From IMG/VR virus record IMGVR_UViG_3300027741_000028: a DNA stretch of 64,000 nucleotides; one strand, 5' to 3'. The translations under genes were made by a program, and so were the position numbers. Shown one piece after another: positions 36,722 through 45,899 of the stretch (positions within the stretch are counted from its first letter, which is position 1; each line of letters opens with the position of its first letter). This DNA comes from an uncultured virus (IMG/VR IMGVR_UViG_3300027741_000028). Taxonomy: Duplodnaviria; Heunggongvirae; Uroviricota; Caudoviricetes. The notes under the pieces were generated by a model that saw nothing but the letters and a program-made list of their open reading frames with translations, had not been told where the DNA came from and searched no databases.

Positions 36722-37231
36722 TTAAATATTTTTCCAATATATTGGAACATTTTCTATTGGTGCTGATGGGTCTCTGAATCCTTCAAAGACTTCCCATAGA
36801 TTTTCTTTGATTGCAAAATTGGTTAAAAGTCCTTGTTCTCTGCCCAATGCATCCAATTCCCATGGTTGTAACCAATAATCTATATCATCAGAGTTGACTT
36901 TCTTACCACGCCAACTCGTCATACTATCATTTAATTCTCCGTCCACATATTGTTTTACGTGAACCATTTCATGTGCTAATGTTTCAAATATATTTCGTAC
37001 ACCAATACCTGGATGTATTTCTATTTTAAATTCTCTGGCTTTTTTTAATGTATTATAAGCAACTATTTCAGCAGAACCAAACTCAGTAATCTTATCATTA
37101 AAAATAATTACTGTATAACAGTTGTTACGGATTCTTTTATTTGGTATCAGTTCTTCAGAAAAATATTTTGCGGCACGTTCAATAAATGGTTTAAAATCTT
37201 TGTCAGGACAGTTTACTATTTTTATATTCAT
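36722..37231 (-). CDS. HExxH metallopeptidase-like protein
   Basis: TLAHEMVHVKQY, Y..QPWE.DA. Confidence 0.8.
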   Translation of the reverse strand: MNIKIVNCPDKDFKPFIERAAKYFSEELIPNKRIRNNCYTVIIFNDKITEFGSAEIVAYNTLKKAREFKIEIHPGIGVRNIFETLAHEMVHVKQYVDGELNDSMTSWRGKKVNSDDIDYWLQPWELDALGREQGLLTNFAIKENLWEVFEGFRDPSAPIENVPIYWKNI

Positions 37232-37260
37232 GTAAGTCTCCTGTAAGTTAAATTAAAACA

Positions 37261-37716
37261 TTAGAACTCCTGATTATTTAGTTTTTCCACAGAGACACCA
37301 GCCTTGGCCAGAAAATTGATACCATCATCAGACTTATAAGAGTTCCGATATAAAACACAGTTAATACCACTTTGGTAGATAAGTTTGGCACAGTCCATAC
37401 ATGGAGCATGGGTAACAAACATAGTAGCACCGTCACCAGATTCTGTAGATTTAGCCAACTTGGCAATCGCATTTGTTTCAGCATGAAGTACCTCAGGTCT
37501 AGTTTTTAATTGATAATGTTCATCATTGAATTTATAATCATAAATTTCTTCATATTCACAATTATTGTCCCAACCTGAAGGCATACCATTGTAACCAATA
37601 GATATGATTCTATCTTCTTTGACTACAATGGCACCAACATGAAGTCTACGAGCCGAGGACAATTCTGCAAATGTCTCGGCCACTTTCATATAAGCATCAC
37701 GAAATTTTTGTTTCAT
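37261..37716 (-). CDS. dCMP deaminase
   Basis: VGAIVVK, GYNG, HAETNAI, PCMDC; start MKQKF. Confidence 0.93.
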   Translation of the reverse strand: MKQKFRDAYMKVAETFAELSSARRLHVGAIVVKEDRIISIGYNGMPSGWDNNCEYEEIYDYKFNDEHYQLKTRPEVLHAETNAIAKLAKSTESGDGATMFVTHAPCMDCAKLIYQSGINCVLYRNSYKSDDGINFLAKAGVSVEKLNNQEF

Positions 37717-37722
37717 ATTATT

Positions 37723-37797
37723 TGGTGCCCACAGAGAGAATTGAACTCCCACTCAAGCGATTATGAGTCGCCTGCTTTACCATTAAGCTATATGGGC
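37723..37797 (-). tRNA. tRNA-Ile2(CAT, lysidine type) likely
   Basis: GCAGGCGACTCATAATCGCTTG anticodon arm as in bacterial tRNA-Ile2. Confidence 0.82.
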
Positions 37798-37800
37798 AAA

Positions 37801-37983
37801 TTATTTGACATACTCCAAAGAATCTTTACGCATTAATTTTGGCGTATCACGAATACCAATGTTCTTGATTACATAAACAAATTGCACACCATCAATTTCT
37901 TTGGTTTCTGGTCCGCAAACGAAATAAGTTTCATGTGTGGTTTTCACACGGACTTTTTTGATAAATGGTTTTTCTGTTTTCAT
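37801..37983 (-). CDS. Small hypothetical protein, probably leaderless
   Basis: MKTEKPF...EIDGVQF...LMRKDSLEYVK; ATG 7 nt after TATAAT. Confidence 0.65.
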   Translation of the reverse strand: MKTEKPFIKKVRVKTTHETYFVCGPETKEIDGVQFVYVIKNIGIRDTPKLMRKDSLEYVK

Positions 37984-37990
37984 AGTGAGT

Positions 37991-38030
37991 ATTATATAGG
38001 CAAAAAAAGGGGTTGTCAAGCAACCCCTTT
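37991..38030 (-). promoter_or_regulatory. Consensus sigma70 promoter overlapping an intrinsic terminator
   Basis: TTGACA-N17-TATAAT; -35 lies in AAAGGGGTTG-CTTGA-CAACCCCTTTTTTT hairpin. Confidence 0.8.
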
Positions 38031-38034
38031 CGTT

Positions 38035-38193
38035 TTAATAATAACGGTTTTGTAATAACCTGGTATTATATTCAAGCGTCAGTCTTTCAACATCGCCTTC
38101 GTTCTTGGGGTCCCTAGAGGTAATATATGATTCCAAATCATTTCCGTAATTACCACTTATTCGCTTAAAGAAGTTGTTAATTAGTTGAATCAT
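38035..38193 (-). CDS. Small hypothetical protein (52 aa)
   Basis: MIQLINNFFKRISGNYGNDLESYITSRDPKNEGDVERLTLEY...; ATGA-coupled to hsp20. Confidence 0.6.
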   Translation of the reverse strand: MIQLINNFFKRISGNYGNDLESYITSRDPKNEGDVERLTLEYNTRLLQNRYY

Positions 38194-38645
38194 TTGTCAT
38201 CACTCTCCTTGATGGAGATTTTCTTAATGGCGTCTTGTGCTTTGACCATATTTTCTAGCCAAATTTTAAGCATACCATTCATCATCTCTGCATCCTTGAT
38301 TTCTACTTTATCTGCAAGAGTAAAGGTGCGTTCAAACCCACGGTTTGCAATACCTTTGTACAGATAATCTTCAGAATCATCATCTTTAGATGCGGCTTTA
38401 ATTACGAGTTTATTTCCTTCCAAAGTCATCTCAATATCAGACTTAGCAAAACCAGCAACTGCCATCTCAATGACGTACTTGTTTTCTTTTACTTGTTTGA
38501 TATTGTATGGAGGATAGGATGCGGCCTTAGTTGCAGCTGCTGCAGCTTCACGCATAAGTGTTAATGTATCATCAAAACCTACGGTGAACGGTTGGATTTT
38601 GCTCCAACCAAAGTCATTACCAAATACATCTTTAATGTAAGTCAT
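38190..38645 (-). CDS. hsp20: Small heat-shock protein Hsp20 (IbpA-like)
   Basis: SYPPYNI, IEMAVAGF, YLYKGIANRGFERTFTLA, NGMLKI. Confidence 0.95.
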   Translation of the reverse strand: MTYIKDVFGNDFGWSKIQPFTVGFDDTLTLMREAAAAATKAASYPPYNIKQVKENKYVIEMAVAGFAKSDIEMTLEGNKLVIKAASKDDDSEDYLYKGIANRGFERTFTLADKVEIKDAEMMNGMLKIWLENMVKAQDAIKKISIKESDDK

Positions 38646-38844
38646 GTGTTTCTCCTAAAAGCGAGATTAAAAATTGATACCCCGAAGGCGTATCGGTTAA
38701 GGTACTGGTTACGTTCTCCAGCGACAATATCGTTTGCCCGTTTTACTAACGCTCCTAAGGTAGGTGGAGCACCTTTTTTCCTGGAGTATTGAGTCTCGGT
38801 AGGACCAGGTTCCACCTTTGACTTTCCCATCCCAAGGGACTGAG

Positions 38845-38873
38845 ATTATATCAGTATTTATACTGAGTGTCAA
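38845..38873 (-). promoter_or_regulatory. Composite sigma70 and late promoter upstream of hsp20
   Basis: TTGACA-N17-TATAAT with TATAAATA embedded in the spacer. Confidence 0.75.
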
Positions 38874-39277
38874 CCATTATTCGGTTTTTTACCAATATTG
38901 TATTTTGGTATCAATTGCCAATCATCTTTTTCTTTATGAGAAATTATTTTGATTTGTGATAAGAAAATAGGTTCTGGTACTTCCGTCTGTTTAGGATTTA
39001 CCAGTTTAACCAATCCCCAATCTTCCAATAGGTTTGCAATGGCATTCCTACGTGCTAAATCACTCTCTGAAATGTCTGTTGGTTTTCCATCCAAGGCAAA
39101 TAGTTCTTTGAAATGCACCACATAATATTGTCCACGTTTGTGGAGTATGTGGCATGATTGATATAAAATTTGGTCTTTTTTAGAAGCTACACCAATACGT
39201 GTTAACGTTTCACGTACTTTTAAAAAATCGTCTTTTTCATTTAATGTTACTTCAATTAGGTCATTAAGATTTACCAT
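38870..39277 (-). CDS. regA: Translational repressor RegA
   Basis: DDFLKVRETLTRIGVAS, LYQSCHILHKRG.YYVVHFKELFALDG. Confidence 0.97.
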   Translation of the reverse strand: MVNLNDLIEVTLNEKDDFLKVRETLTRIGVASKKDQILYQSCHILHKRGQYYVVHFKELFALDGKPTDISESDLARRNAIANLLEDWGLVKLVNPKQTEVPEPIFLSQIKIISHKEKDDWQLIPKYNIGKKPNNG

Positions 39278-39653
39278 TATTCTTCACTCCGCCCGTATCT
39301 GTTTTTGTTTTTATTACAGCGATTTGTTCATCGGAGAGAATACGTAGGGCCTCTTTGGCCTTGGCGTTAGAATAACCAAAATAGGCTTTCACACACTCAA
39401 TATTCTCGTCAGTTTTAGACTTTTGCCAAGGTTGAAAACCCCGTTTCATCGGTCTAATACTATTTAGAAAATACTGGTATTGCATATCCTTGTCTAGACC
39501 TGGATGCAAGTTCATGTCATTTGCATAAAGAATACAATCCAGGTGATAAGACAAAGACCTATTTACAATAAACGGTGCATAGTCTTTAAAGTCCAGTTCT
39601 TCATCGGGCTTTTTCTTACGAAAAATAAAATCAACATAATCAAACGGACTCAT
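39264..39653 (-). CDS. gp62: Clamp loader small subunit
   Basis: Y.PFIVNRSLS, YFGYSN.KA; between gp44 and regA. Confidence 0.93.
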   Translation of the reverse strand: MSPFDYVDFIFRKKKPDEELDFKDYAPFIVNRSLSYHLDCILYANDMNLHPGLDKDMQYQYFLNSIRPMKRGFQPWQKSKTDENIECVKAYFGYSNAKAKEALRILSDEQIAVIKTKTDTGGVKNNGKS

Positions 39654-39654
39654 A

Positions 39655-40128
39655 TCAATACCCCGTTGTGCTGTACTTCATTAGTTCCGTAATGTCCGCA
39701 TCATCAATTTTGTAGACTTGAATGACTGCTGGTTGATTAATAGGAATAAGAATACGTGAGATACCTTTTTTATCTACCCAAGTTTGGTACTTAAATTCAG
39801 AAGGTACGACACGATACACACATCCATCAGAATGATGTTTCCATGTAGGATGTGGAACCGATACGATATACAATACATCAACCGATTGGCACTTTCTAAG
39901 TTGATTTGGTCTGAATGTAAAAGCATTTTTCATAATGAAAGGTGATTGTGTTTTGACTTCAACCTTCTTGTCATCAACTAACATATCTTTTTCACTATCA
40001 TATTTGTTGGTTGAAAAAACAATCCGTAATTCAGGATGAAGTTTGTTCAACATATTGACTACAATCTTCTCACCAACAAGACCAAGTTCTGAAATTTTAT
40101 CAACGTTACTCATATTATTCATAATCAT
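39655..40128 (-). CDS. Putative PD-(D/E)xK nuclease-like protein
   Basis: G..GE..V, KDM..VEVKTQ motif. Confidence 0.5.
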   Translation of the reverse strand: MIMNNMSNVDKISELGLVGEKIVVNMLNKLHPELRIVFSTNKYDSEKDMLVDDKKVEVKTQSPFIMKNAFTFRPNQLRKCQSVDVLYIVSVPHPTWKHHSDGCVYRVVPSEFKYQTWVDKKGISRILIPINQPAVIQVYKIDDADITELMKYSTTGY

Positions 40129-40129
40129 C

Positions 40130-41062
40130 TCACTTAAAAGAACATTCTACCATAATTTCTGTCAAACAGGCAATAAGATTAATCTCATGGTCTGCAACGA
40201 AAGCTGCCTGATATTGATACTTAGCAAGTATCAGAACCATCTGAGGAACAGAATTAGGTTCCAACACCTCATACAATGTATCATACAGTTTACGGAATAT
40301 AGTTGTTGGATCACTATCTAAGTTTGATGTGACCCATTTACGACAGGACGCAAAGTCCTTGTTCTTTAATGACTTGACAAGGTCTGATAAGTTAATATCA
40401 GCAACAGAAGCAAGAATGCCTTTGTCAATATTTCCAGACACAGAATATCTTTGTAACTCATTTAGAACACGGCGATTATCTGGAAAATGTTTGGTGATGA
40501 TGGCAGCTACAACTTCTTTGTCGTAGGTGACATTTTCTTCTTTGAGAATCCATTCTACACGTTTAAAAAACTGTGTAGCCATCTTGGCTTTACTACCATT
40601 GATTTTAAAATCAATAACAGTACAACGAGAATGAATTGCATCCATGATTTTACTTTTGAAGTTACAAGTAAAAATAAAGGAACAATTTGCAGCAACTTCT
40701 TCGATAATGCCACGCAAGGCCTTTTGAGCATCTGTTGTTAAGTTATCGGCCTCATCAAGGATAACAACTTTACGGCCACCAGAAAGACTCATTGCTGTTG
40801 CATAGTTCATCACTTGGTTTTGCATGGTGCCGATACCACGTTCAGAAGAACCATTGATGACAATGTAATCACAACCAACTTCTTCACACAAGGCTTTTGC
40901 GATGGTTGTTTTACCAACACCAGCAGTACCTGATAGAAGAAGATTTGGAATCTCTTTACGGTTTACATACTCTTGAAAAGTTGCCTTTGTTGCCTCAGGC
41001 AAAATACATTCTTCAACGGTTTTAGGGCGATACTTCTCCACCCAAAGCATATGCTCGTTCAT
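40130..41062 (-). CDS. gp44: Clamp loader large subunit
   Basis: LWVEKYRP, GTAGVGKTT, LDEAD, HSRC. Confidence 0.97.
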   Translation of the reverse strand: MNEHMLWVEKYRPKTVEECILPEATKATFQEYVNRKEIPNLLLSGTAGVGKTTIAKALCEEVGCDYIVINGSSERGIGTMQNQVMNYATAMSLSGGRKVVILDEADNLTTDAQKALRGIIEEVAANCSFIFTCNFKSKIMDAIHSRCTVIDFKINGSKAKMATQFFKRVEWILKEENVTYDKEVVAAIITKHFPDNRRVLNELQRYSVSGNIDKGILASVADINLSDLVKSLKNKDFASCRKWVTSNLDSDPTTIFRKLYDTLYEVLEPNSVPQMVLILAKYQYQAAFVADHEINLIACLTEIMVECSFK

Positions 41063-41091
41063 TCAAATACTCCATAATATAATAAATCAAT

Positions 41092-41283
41092 TTAGGCCGG
41101 GAAAGGCCAAGTCATTTCGACTTCAAGTTCTTTGACACGTTCTTCTAATACAGAGATTGCTGTATTGAAATGGCCAGTGCCTTCTACATCAGGATTATAA
41201 CGAGTTTTTAAAACTTGAATTTCTTTTCTCAATACAGCAATGTATTGAGTCTTATCGGTCCACATTCTAATTTCACCCATCAT
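41092..41283 (-). CDS. Hypothetical protein
   Basis: 63 aa, GTGHFNTAISVLEER motif. Confidence 0.6.
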   Translation of the reverse strand: MMGEIRMWTDKTQYIAVLRKEIQVLKTRYNPDVEGTGHFNTAISVLEERVKELEVEMTWPFPA

Positions 41284-41555
41284 TTCACCTCATTCATACT
41301 TTCAAACAGAGCTTCAAACTCCTTTGATTCGGCAACCTCAGTTTGGAATGAATTTTTAAATTGTGTCTTTGCCATACGTTTGACAATCTTCTTAGGAATT
41401 TTCAATTCATCATGTGCAAAGTCCACAATATCTTTAATTGCATCGTTGTTGCCTTGGTTCTTACTCATGTGATGAACCATTTCATCAATATAACCTTTGA
41501 GTTTCTTTAGTTGTTCTTCATCAAAAGAACCAAATAATGTATTTACTTTAGTCAT
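41280..41555 (-). CDS. T4 DsbA-like dsDNA-binding protein
   Basis: Helical IKDI...KIVKRMAK....F...E..EFEALFE pattern. Confidence 0.6.
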   Translation of the reverse strand: MTKVNTLFGSFDEEQLKKLKGYIDEMVHHMSKNQGNNDAIKDIVDFAHDELKIPKKIVKRMAKTQFKNSFQTEVAESKEFEALFESMNEVK

Positions 41556-41752
41556 ACTGCGGTCATCCTTCCAACAACATCATATTCAGTTTCTTCAACA
41601 ATGATACTACCAGTAGTTAAGTTGATTGCAGTTTTACCAACAAGTTCATTTTGTTTTTCATCTGTTGATTCAGGTACTTGAAATACAGCCACGATGTAAA
41701 GTGGGTTTATTGCAACTTTATGTTTATTAACGGCATCTGTTAACCAAATCAT
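41552..41752 (-). CDS. Small hypothetical protein
   Basis: VAINP..IVAVF...IIVEE; GGAG SD before MIWLT. Confidence 0.55.
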   Translation of the reverse strand: MIWLTDAVNKHKVAINPLYIVAVFQVPESTDEKQNELVGKTAINLTTGSIIVEETEYDVVGRMTAV

Positions 41753-41753
41753 A

Positions 41754-42425
41754 TTACTCTCCGAATTTAGAATGTTTAGCTTCAATGGCGATCCAGTATT
41801 GAATATCGCCTTTGGTGTTTTTGAAGGACGCCAAACCTTTTGATGAAATTTCCACGTTGTAAGAATCAGGCATCATCTTTAGATTCTCTGTTAAGAAAAC
41901 TGCCTTGAACACAGAACCATTACCATCGGTAATTTCTGTAGAGTTAACGTGTGCTGCATCATCATTAGCATCAAATGATGTAACATAAATCTTATCACCA
42001 TCAGACATGATGGCAACGTTAGGTGATTGCAACACAGCAGATGATTTCATAATGTTAGCCAAGTCATCAGCAGTCAAAGAGAATGATGCATCAACCGATG
42101 GAAGATTCAATTCTTTTTCTGGTACTGTAACGATAACATTACGTGATGTGGTACGATAGTTAAGTTTCTTACGACCAGATTTAAATATAACGTGCTTGTC
42201 ATCAAAATCAATCTCACCATCTTTATACAGAGACTGTACAGACAAGAACTGGTTCAGGTCATGAATACAAAAGTCTTGCGGGAAAGTATCTGTAACCGTG
42301 GCTTTTGCCAGTACAGTTTTTGTGGGAGAAATTGTTGCAATCTTGTTTCCTTTTTTGAATTCAATACTTGCATTGATACCAACAAAGTTCTTTAGAACCG
42401 TCAGTGTCTCATTAGAAATTTTCAT
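41754..42425 (-). CDS. gp45: Sliding clamp
   Basis: MKIS.ETL.VLKNF.GIN, DF.I.DLNQFL, QYWIA.E. Confidence 0.95.
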   Translation of the reverse strand: MKISNETLTVLKNFVGINASIEFKKGNKIATISPTKTVLAKATVTDTFPQDFCIHDLNQFLSVQSLYKDGEIDFDDKHVIFKSGRKKLNYRTTSRNVIVTVPEKELNLPSVDASFSLTADDLANIMKSSAVLQSPNVAIMSDGDKIYVTSFDANDDAAHVNSTEITDGNGSVFKAVFLTENLKMMPDSYNVEISSKGLASFKNTKGDIQYWIAIEAKHSKFGE

Positions 42426-42446
42426 TTGTGTTCCTCATTATAAAAT

Positions 42447-42770
42447 TTAACATGAATAGAGTATATCATGTTCATACAAAAACATCAAGCAGCACATCGC
42501 ATGAGCCAGGTGGTGTTTGCCAGATTCTGGATCAAGGATTTCACCTTTCTTCCATGCCCATAGATGCCGTTGAAGTGCATCATAATACCTGCGTTTAGAA
42601 TCAGGTACGTGTTTCCAATTATCTCTCTCATACTTTTGAGCACCAAATGTTAGTACATCAACAGTGGCTTCAAGAGCAAGAGGTGGCAACAAACCATATT
42701 CTAGTTTGTCACCGTCAAACTTACGACCACCGGTGGCCGTTTGTGATGCTTTGACAACATCATCAGTCAT
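42447..42770 (-). CDS. dATP/dGTP diphosphohydrolase-domain protein (DUF5664-like)
   Basis: KFDGDK, VLTFGAQKY..DNW, ALQRH, DPESG.HHLAHA. Confidence 0.85.
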   Translation of the reverse strand: MTDDVVKASQTATGGRKFDGDKLEYGLLPPLALEATVDVLTFGAQKYERDNWKHVPDSKRRYYDALQRHLWAWKKGEILDPESGKHHLAHAMCCLMFLYEHDILYSC

Positions 42771-43588
42771 TACATTTCTCCAACGAAATTGGCGACTGCT
42801 GGCATATCACCTTTGAAGTGATAGGTACCAATGTGGTCTGTTCGCATCCAAGGACACAACCAAATTTGTCCACCCATTTTACGCCAGAGTTGACAGAACA
42901 TATAATCTTCACTCAAGTAACGGTCTGTACCGCCACCCGTTGCAGAATCAACTGTATCAATGATTGTATCAAAATAGGCATGAATGTAACGTGAACCATC
43001 AAAGTGTGCTTGGCCAACGTGGTCAGGTTTGTAACGAAGTTGTGGATATTGTTCCGCAAATTTAGGAAACACTTCACGTTTTACCATCATAAAACCAGTA
43101 CCAATTTCCAAAACTTCTAGTGGTTCGGAAACATTAAACTGTGCAGTACCTTTAACTGGATTGAAAACATAATCACCAGTAACTTTTTCCAATACACCTA
43201 AATCAATGTTTGGATTTCTTTCCATGGCCCTTTTAACAGAACGCCACTTGATGGCTTTCTTAGGATAAGGTCCACCAACAACATCTTTATCTAATGCCAA
43301 AAGAGCAATAACGTCTTGTGGATTAAAGTGAATGTCAGCATCTAAGAACAATAGGTGTGTACAATCAGAACGGTTTACGAACTCATCGACTAGATAGTTT
43401 CTTGCCCGTGTGATTAAAGATTCATTGAAAAGAAATGAAAATTTAACTGCGATTCCATATTGCATACAGATTGCCTGTAAGTCTAAACAAGCCTTGGCAT
43501 ATAAGCCATGATTCATACCACCATACATTGGTGTTGCAACAAATATACTTTTCTTTTGAAGCTCTTCTTTTTTAATTGAAATTTCCAT
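42770..43588 (-). CDS. GT-A-fold protein
   Basis: ATPMYGG, NESLITRARN, LFLDADI, GTGFM, YLSEDY.FC. Confidence 0.7.
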   Translation of the reverse strand: MEISIKKEELQKKSIFVATPMYGGMNHGLYAKACLDLQAICMQYGIAVKFSFLFNESLITRARNYLVDEFVNRSDCTHLLFLDADIHFNPQDVIALLALDKDVVGGPYPKKAIKWRSVKRAMERNPNIDLGVLEKVTGDYVFNPVKGTAQFNVSEPLEVLEIGTGFMMVKREVFPKFAEQYPQLRYKPDHVGQAHFDGSRYIHAYFDTIIDTVDSATGGGTDRYLSEDYMFCQLWRKMGGQIWLCPWMRTDHIGTYHFKGDMPAVANFVGEM

Positions 43589-43650
43589 TATCTCTCCAAA
43601 AATATAAAAAAGGGGAGACCACCAAAGTGGTACTCCCCATCATTCACTGA

Positions 43651-43923
43651 TTAAGCGCCGAAACGGTAACCTGCAGCGATAGCGTGACGTACAATTTCAC
43701 GGCTTGGTTTTCCCAAACGGTAGATAGAAATTTTTCTGCCGTCAGCAAGAGTTTTCTTGTTAGTGTAGATGCAATGACCTTCTTTACGAAGTTCTTCTAC
43801 ACGAGCAGAAACGTTTTGGATTTTGAAACGAGCACGAGCCTGTGCGACTGTCAAGGTGTTGTAACCTTCTGTTTTGCTCAAAAATTTAAGGATCTTTTCC
43901 TTAGCAGATAGTTTTGTAGTCAT
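43651..43923 (-). CDS. Winged-helix DNA-binding protein
   Basis: LT..QARARF.IQNVSARVEELRKEG..IYTN. Confidence 0.75.
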   Translation of the reverse strand: MTTKLSAKEKILKFLSKTEGYNTLTVAQARARFKIQNVSARVEELRKEGHCIYTNKKTLADGRKISIYRLGKPSREIVRHAIAAGYRFGA

Positions 43924-43979
43924 AATAAATCTCCAAATGACAAAGTTAATAAAATAATCTTGTTCTCACAAGTATTCAC

Positions 43980-44008
43980 ATCATAACACTATTTAGTGTG
44001 TGTGTCAA
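43980..44008 (-). promoter_or_regulatory. Sigma70-type promoter
   Basis: TTGACA-N17-TATGAT. Confidence 0.65.
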
Positions 44009-44029
44009 GTATCCTTGCGGTATACTTTT

Positions 44030-45301
44030 TTATCTGCCAACTTGCGGCAGATATTTAGCCTTGGTTTCTTCCCAAGACATGAATATCAAATCATCGTAGA
44101 ATAGGTTTTCATAAGAAACTGTATTCTTCTTTTTCAACATTGATATTCGTCCTTTAGCATATTTGGTTTTCCAAATGTTTGCCAAAGCTTCTTCACTGGT
44201 GTCAAAAGACTTTACCAGTTGTTCATCACCAATCTCTTTGCGGAGATATTCATTGGTGTTATTATACAACGGAGAAAAATAAATTCCACGTTGATGTTCG
44301 GTACGAATAAGATGTTTTGGAATATCCAACTTACCATACGCAAAGTTTAATGTACGATTCTTGTGGTCACGTTTCAAAGGAAGACCTTTTGGATTCTTGG
44401 CTTCCCACCATTCAAAGTAACGGCGTGTATGATTCTCTTTTACCCAATCGTATACCATTCTCATGGTCTTTTTCGTAGGTTCAAAAGCAACTGAACCACT
44501 AGAGAAACCCATTTTGTTCCAGTGTTCAAGGCCATCATACTGAGATAGACCACCGGACTTAGTATTTCCATAAAGAGAAGTAGTTGTAACTCCAACAAGA
44601 ACATCACCATATTGTCTTTTCCAATCATTCTGTACTGTATCAGCAAGACATAACAATGCCAATAACTTACCGCCCATATAATTAAAACCTAGTGGTTGTA
44701 GGGGAACGATTGTAGAACCGATGGCAGTGTGATTAATCATGCCTTGTTGTGTCTTAACATCTCTGGCCCAACCAATTTCTTTATCTCTTGGAGTCAAATC
44801 CAAGAAGTCGGATGATATACAAATAACGCCTAGATATTTACCTGTTACTTCATCTACGATTGTGTAGTAAAGGTTACGACCAATATTAGAATTGTTTTTC
44901 ATTGTTGATGAAAAGGTGCGAATCGTATTCCACGTTTCTGCCAAATCACCATTGGATAATACTAATTTTGGTTTTAATTTTTCATAATCATCTGGACCCT
45001 CTGGCATCCAGAAATTTGTTTTGACTTTATCGACCAATGTTTTTTGACCAACATCAATCAACTGGTGGTCATCACCAAATAATGTAGTAATAGTTCTTGT
45101 GGGATACTTCTCATGCACTTCACACCATTTCTGGTACAAAGTATACTCACGCACATCCATTTGTGATGCGTAAGTTAAATCTTTGATGAGAGTTTCTTTA
45201 AGTGTATCGGTATCAATATGTTCAAATCGGTCTGAAGTGAATTCTTCAGACCATGTACGCCATTGTTCTTCTACATCAGGTATGTGCTTTTTGGTTGCCA
45301 T
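44030..45301 (-). CDS. DUF4338/DruA-like protein (copy 2)
   Basis: GRNL...GKYLGVICISSD..PRD..IGW, IVPLQPLGFNYMGGKLLA, TTTSLYG..SQYDG. Confidence 0.78.
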   Translation of the reverse strand: MATKKHIPDVEEQWRTWSEEFTSDRFEHIDTDTLKETLIKDLTYASQMDVREYTLYQKWCEVHEKYPTRTITTLFGDDHQLIDVGQKTLVDKVKTNFWMPEGPDDYEKLKPKLVLSNGDLAETWNTIRTFSSTMKNNSNIGRNLYYTIVDEVTGKYLGVICISSDFLDLTPRDKEIGWARDVKTQQGMINHTAIGSTIVPLQPLGFNYMGGKLLALLCLADTVQNDWKRQYGDVLVGVTTTSLYGNTKSGGLSQYDGLEHWNKMGFSSGSVAFEPTKKTMRMVYDWVKENHTRRYFEWWEAKNPKGLPLKRDHKNRTLNFAYGKLDIPKHLIRTEHQRGIYFSPLYNNTNEYLRKEIGDEQLVKSFDTSEEALANIWKTKYAKGRISMLKKKNTVSYENLFYDDLIFMSWEETKAKYLPQVGR

Positions 45302-45887
45302 TAGTTAATTGTTTCATCATCTTAGGGTTAAAGTATTTGCGTCTAATCTTTTCCAGTTTTTTAAGTCCAAACTGTAACGCAAGAGGTTTTACCCTTGAAG
45401 TATACATGATTCCGTTCATATGGTCAAGCTCATGGAGGAAACATCTTGCAGATATGCCATCAAAGATTGCCTCTTTTTTCACACCTGTGAAATCCTGGTA
45501 TTCTACCCAAACTTTTTTAGGTCTGGTAATTCTCAAGGTTAATAATGGCCACGATAAACATCCTTCTTCCATGTGTGATTCACCCTCAGTTTTAATGACT
45601 TTAGGATTAAAGAATGCCACATAATCATCATCGGTACCCATAACAAATACACGATATGGATAACCACATTGATTGGCAGATAAACCAAAACCATTATGTT
45701 TCTTGCAAGTCTCTACCAATGTAGATGCAAATTGATTTGGATCGACTGGTGGTTTACTGAAATCAAATTCTTCTATTGGTTTGTAGAGAATAGGCCAATC
45801 AGCAGGAACTAAGTCAAACGTTTTTATATCGACTTTAACTTTGGCTTCTTCTTCGGTGTCATATAGGACAATATCCTCATTACTCAT
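45276..45887 (-). CDS. def: Peptide deformylase
   Basis: GLSANQCG, EGCLS, HELDH. Confidence 0.95.
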   Translation of the reverse strand: MSNEDIVLYDTEEEAKVKVDIKTFDLVPADWPILYKPIEEFDFSKPPVDPNQFASTLVETCKKHNGFGLSANQCGYPYRVFVMGTDDDYVAFFNPKVIKTEGESHMEEGCLSWPLLTLRITRPKKVWVEYQDFTGVKKEAIFDGISARCFLHELDHMNGIMYTSRVKPLALQFGLKKLEKIRRKYFNPKMMKQLTNGNQKAHT

Positions 45888-45899
45888 TTTAAATCCTTT

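Noticed and set aside
30700..37800. CRISPR array or tmRNA/RNase P RNA in the non-coding region
   Set aside because: Repeats are explained by tRNAs and boxA; no regular repeat-spacer units, no tmRNA termini and no GAGGAAAGUCC motif seen.
42447..42770. dZ or 7-deazaguanine genome pathway
   Set aside because: Diphosphohydrolase domain alone; no purZ, dpdA, queC or folE in this window.
21782..45301. Complete Druantia defence system
   Set aside because: Only DruA-like genes, 21 kb apart; no DruE helicase or DruB-D visible.
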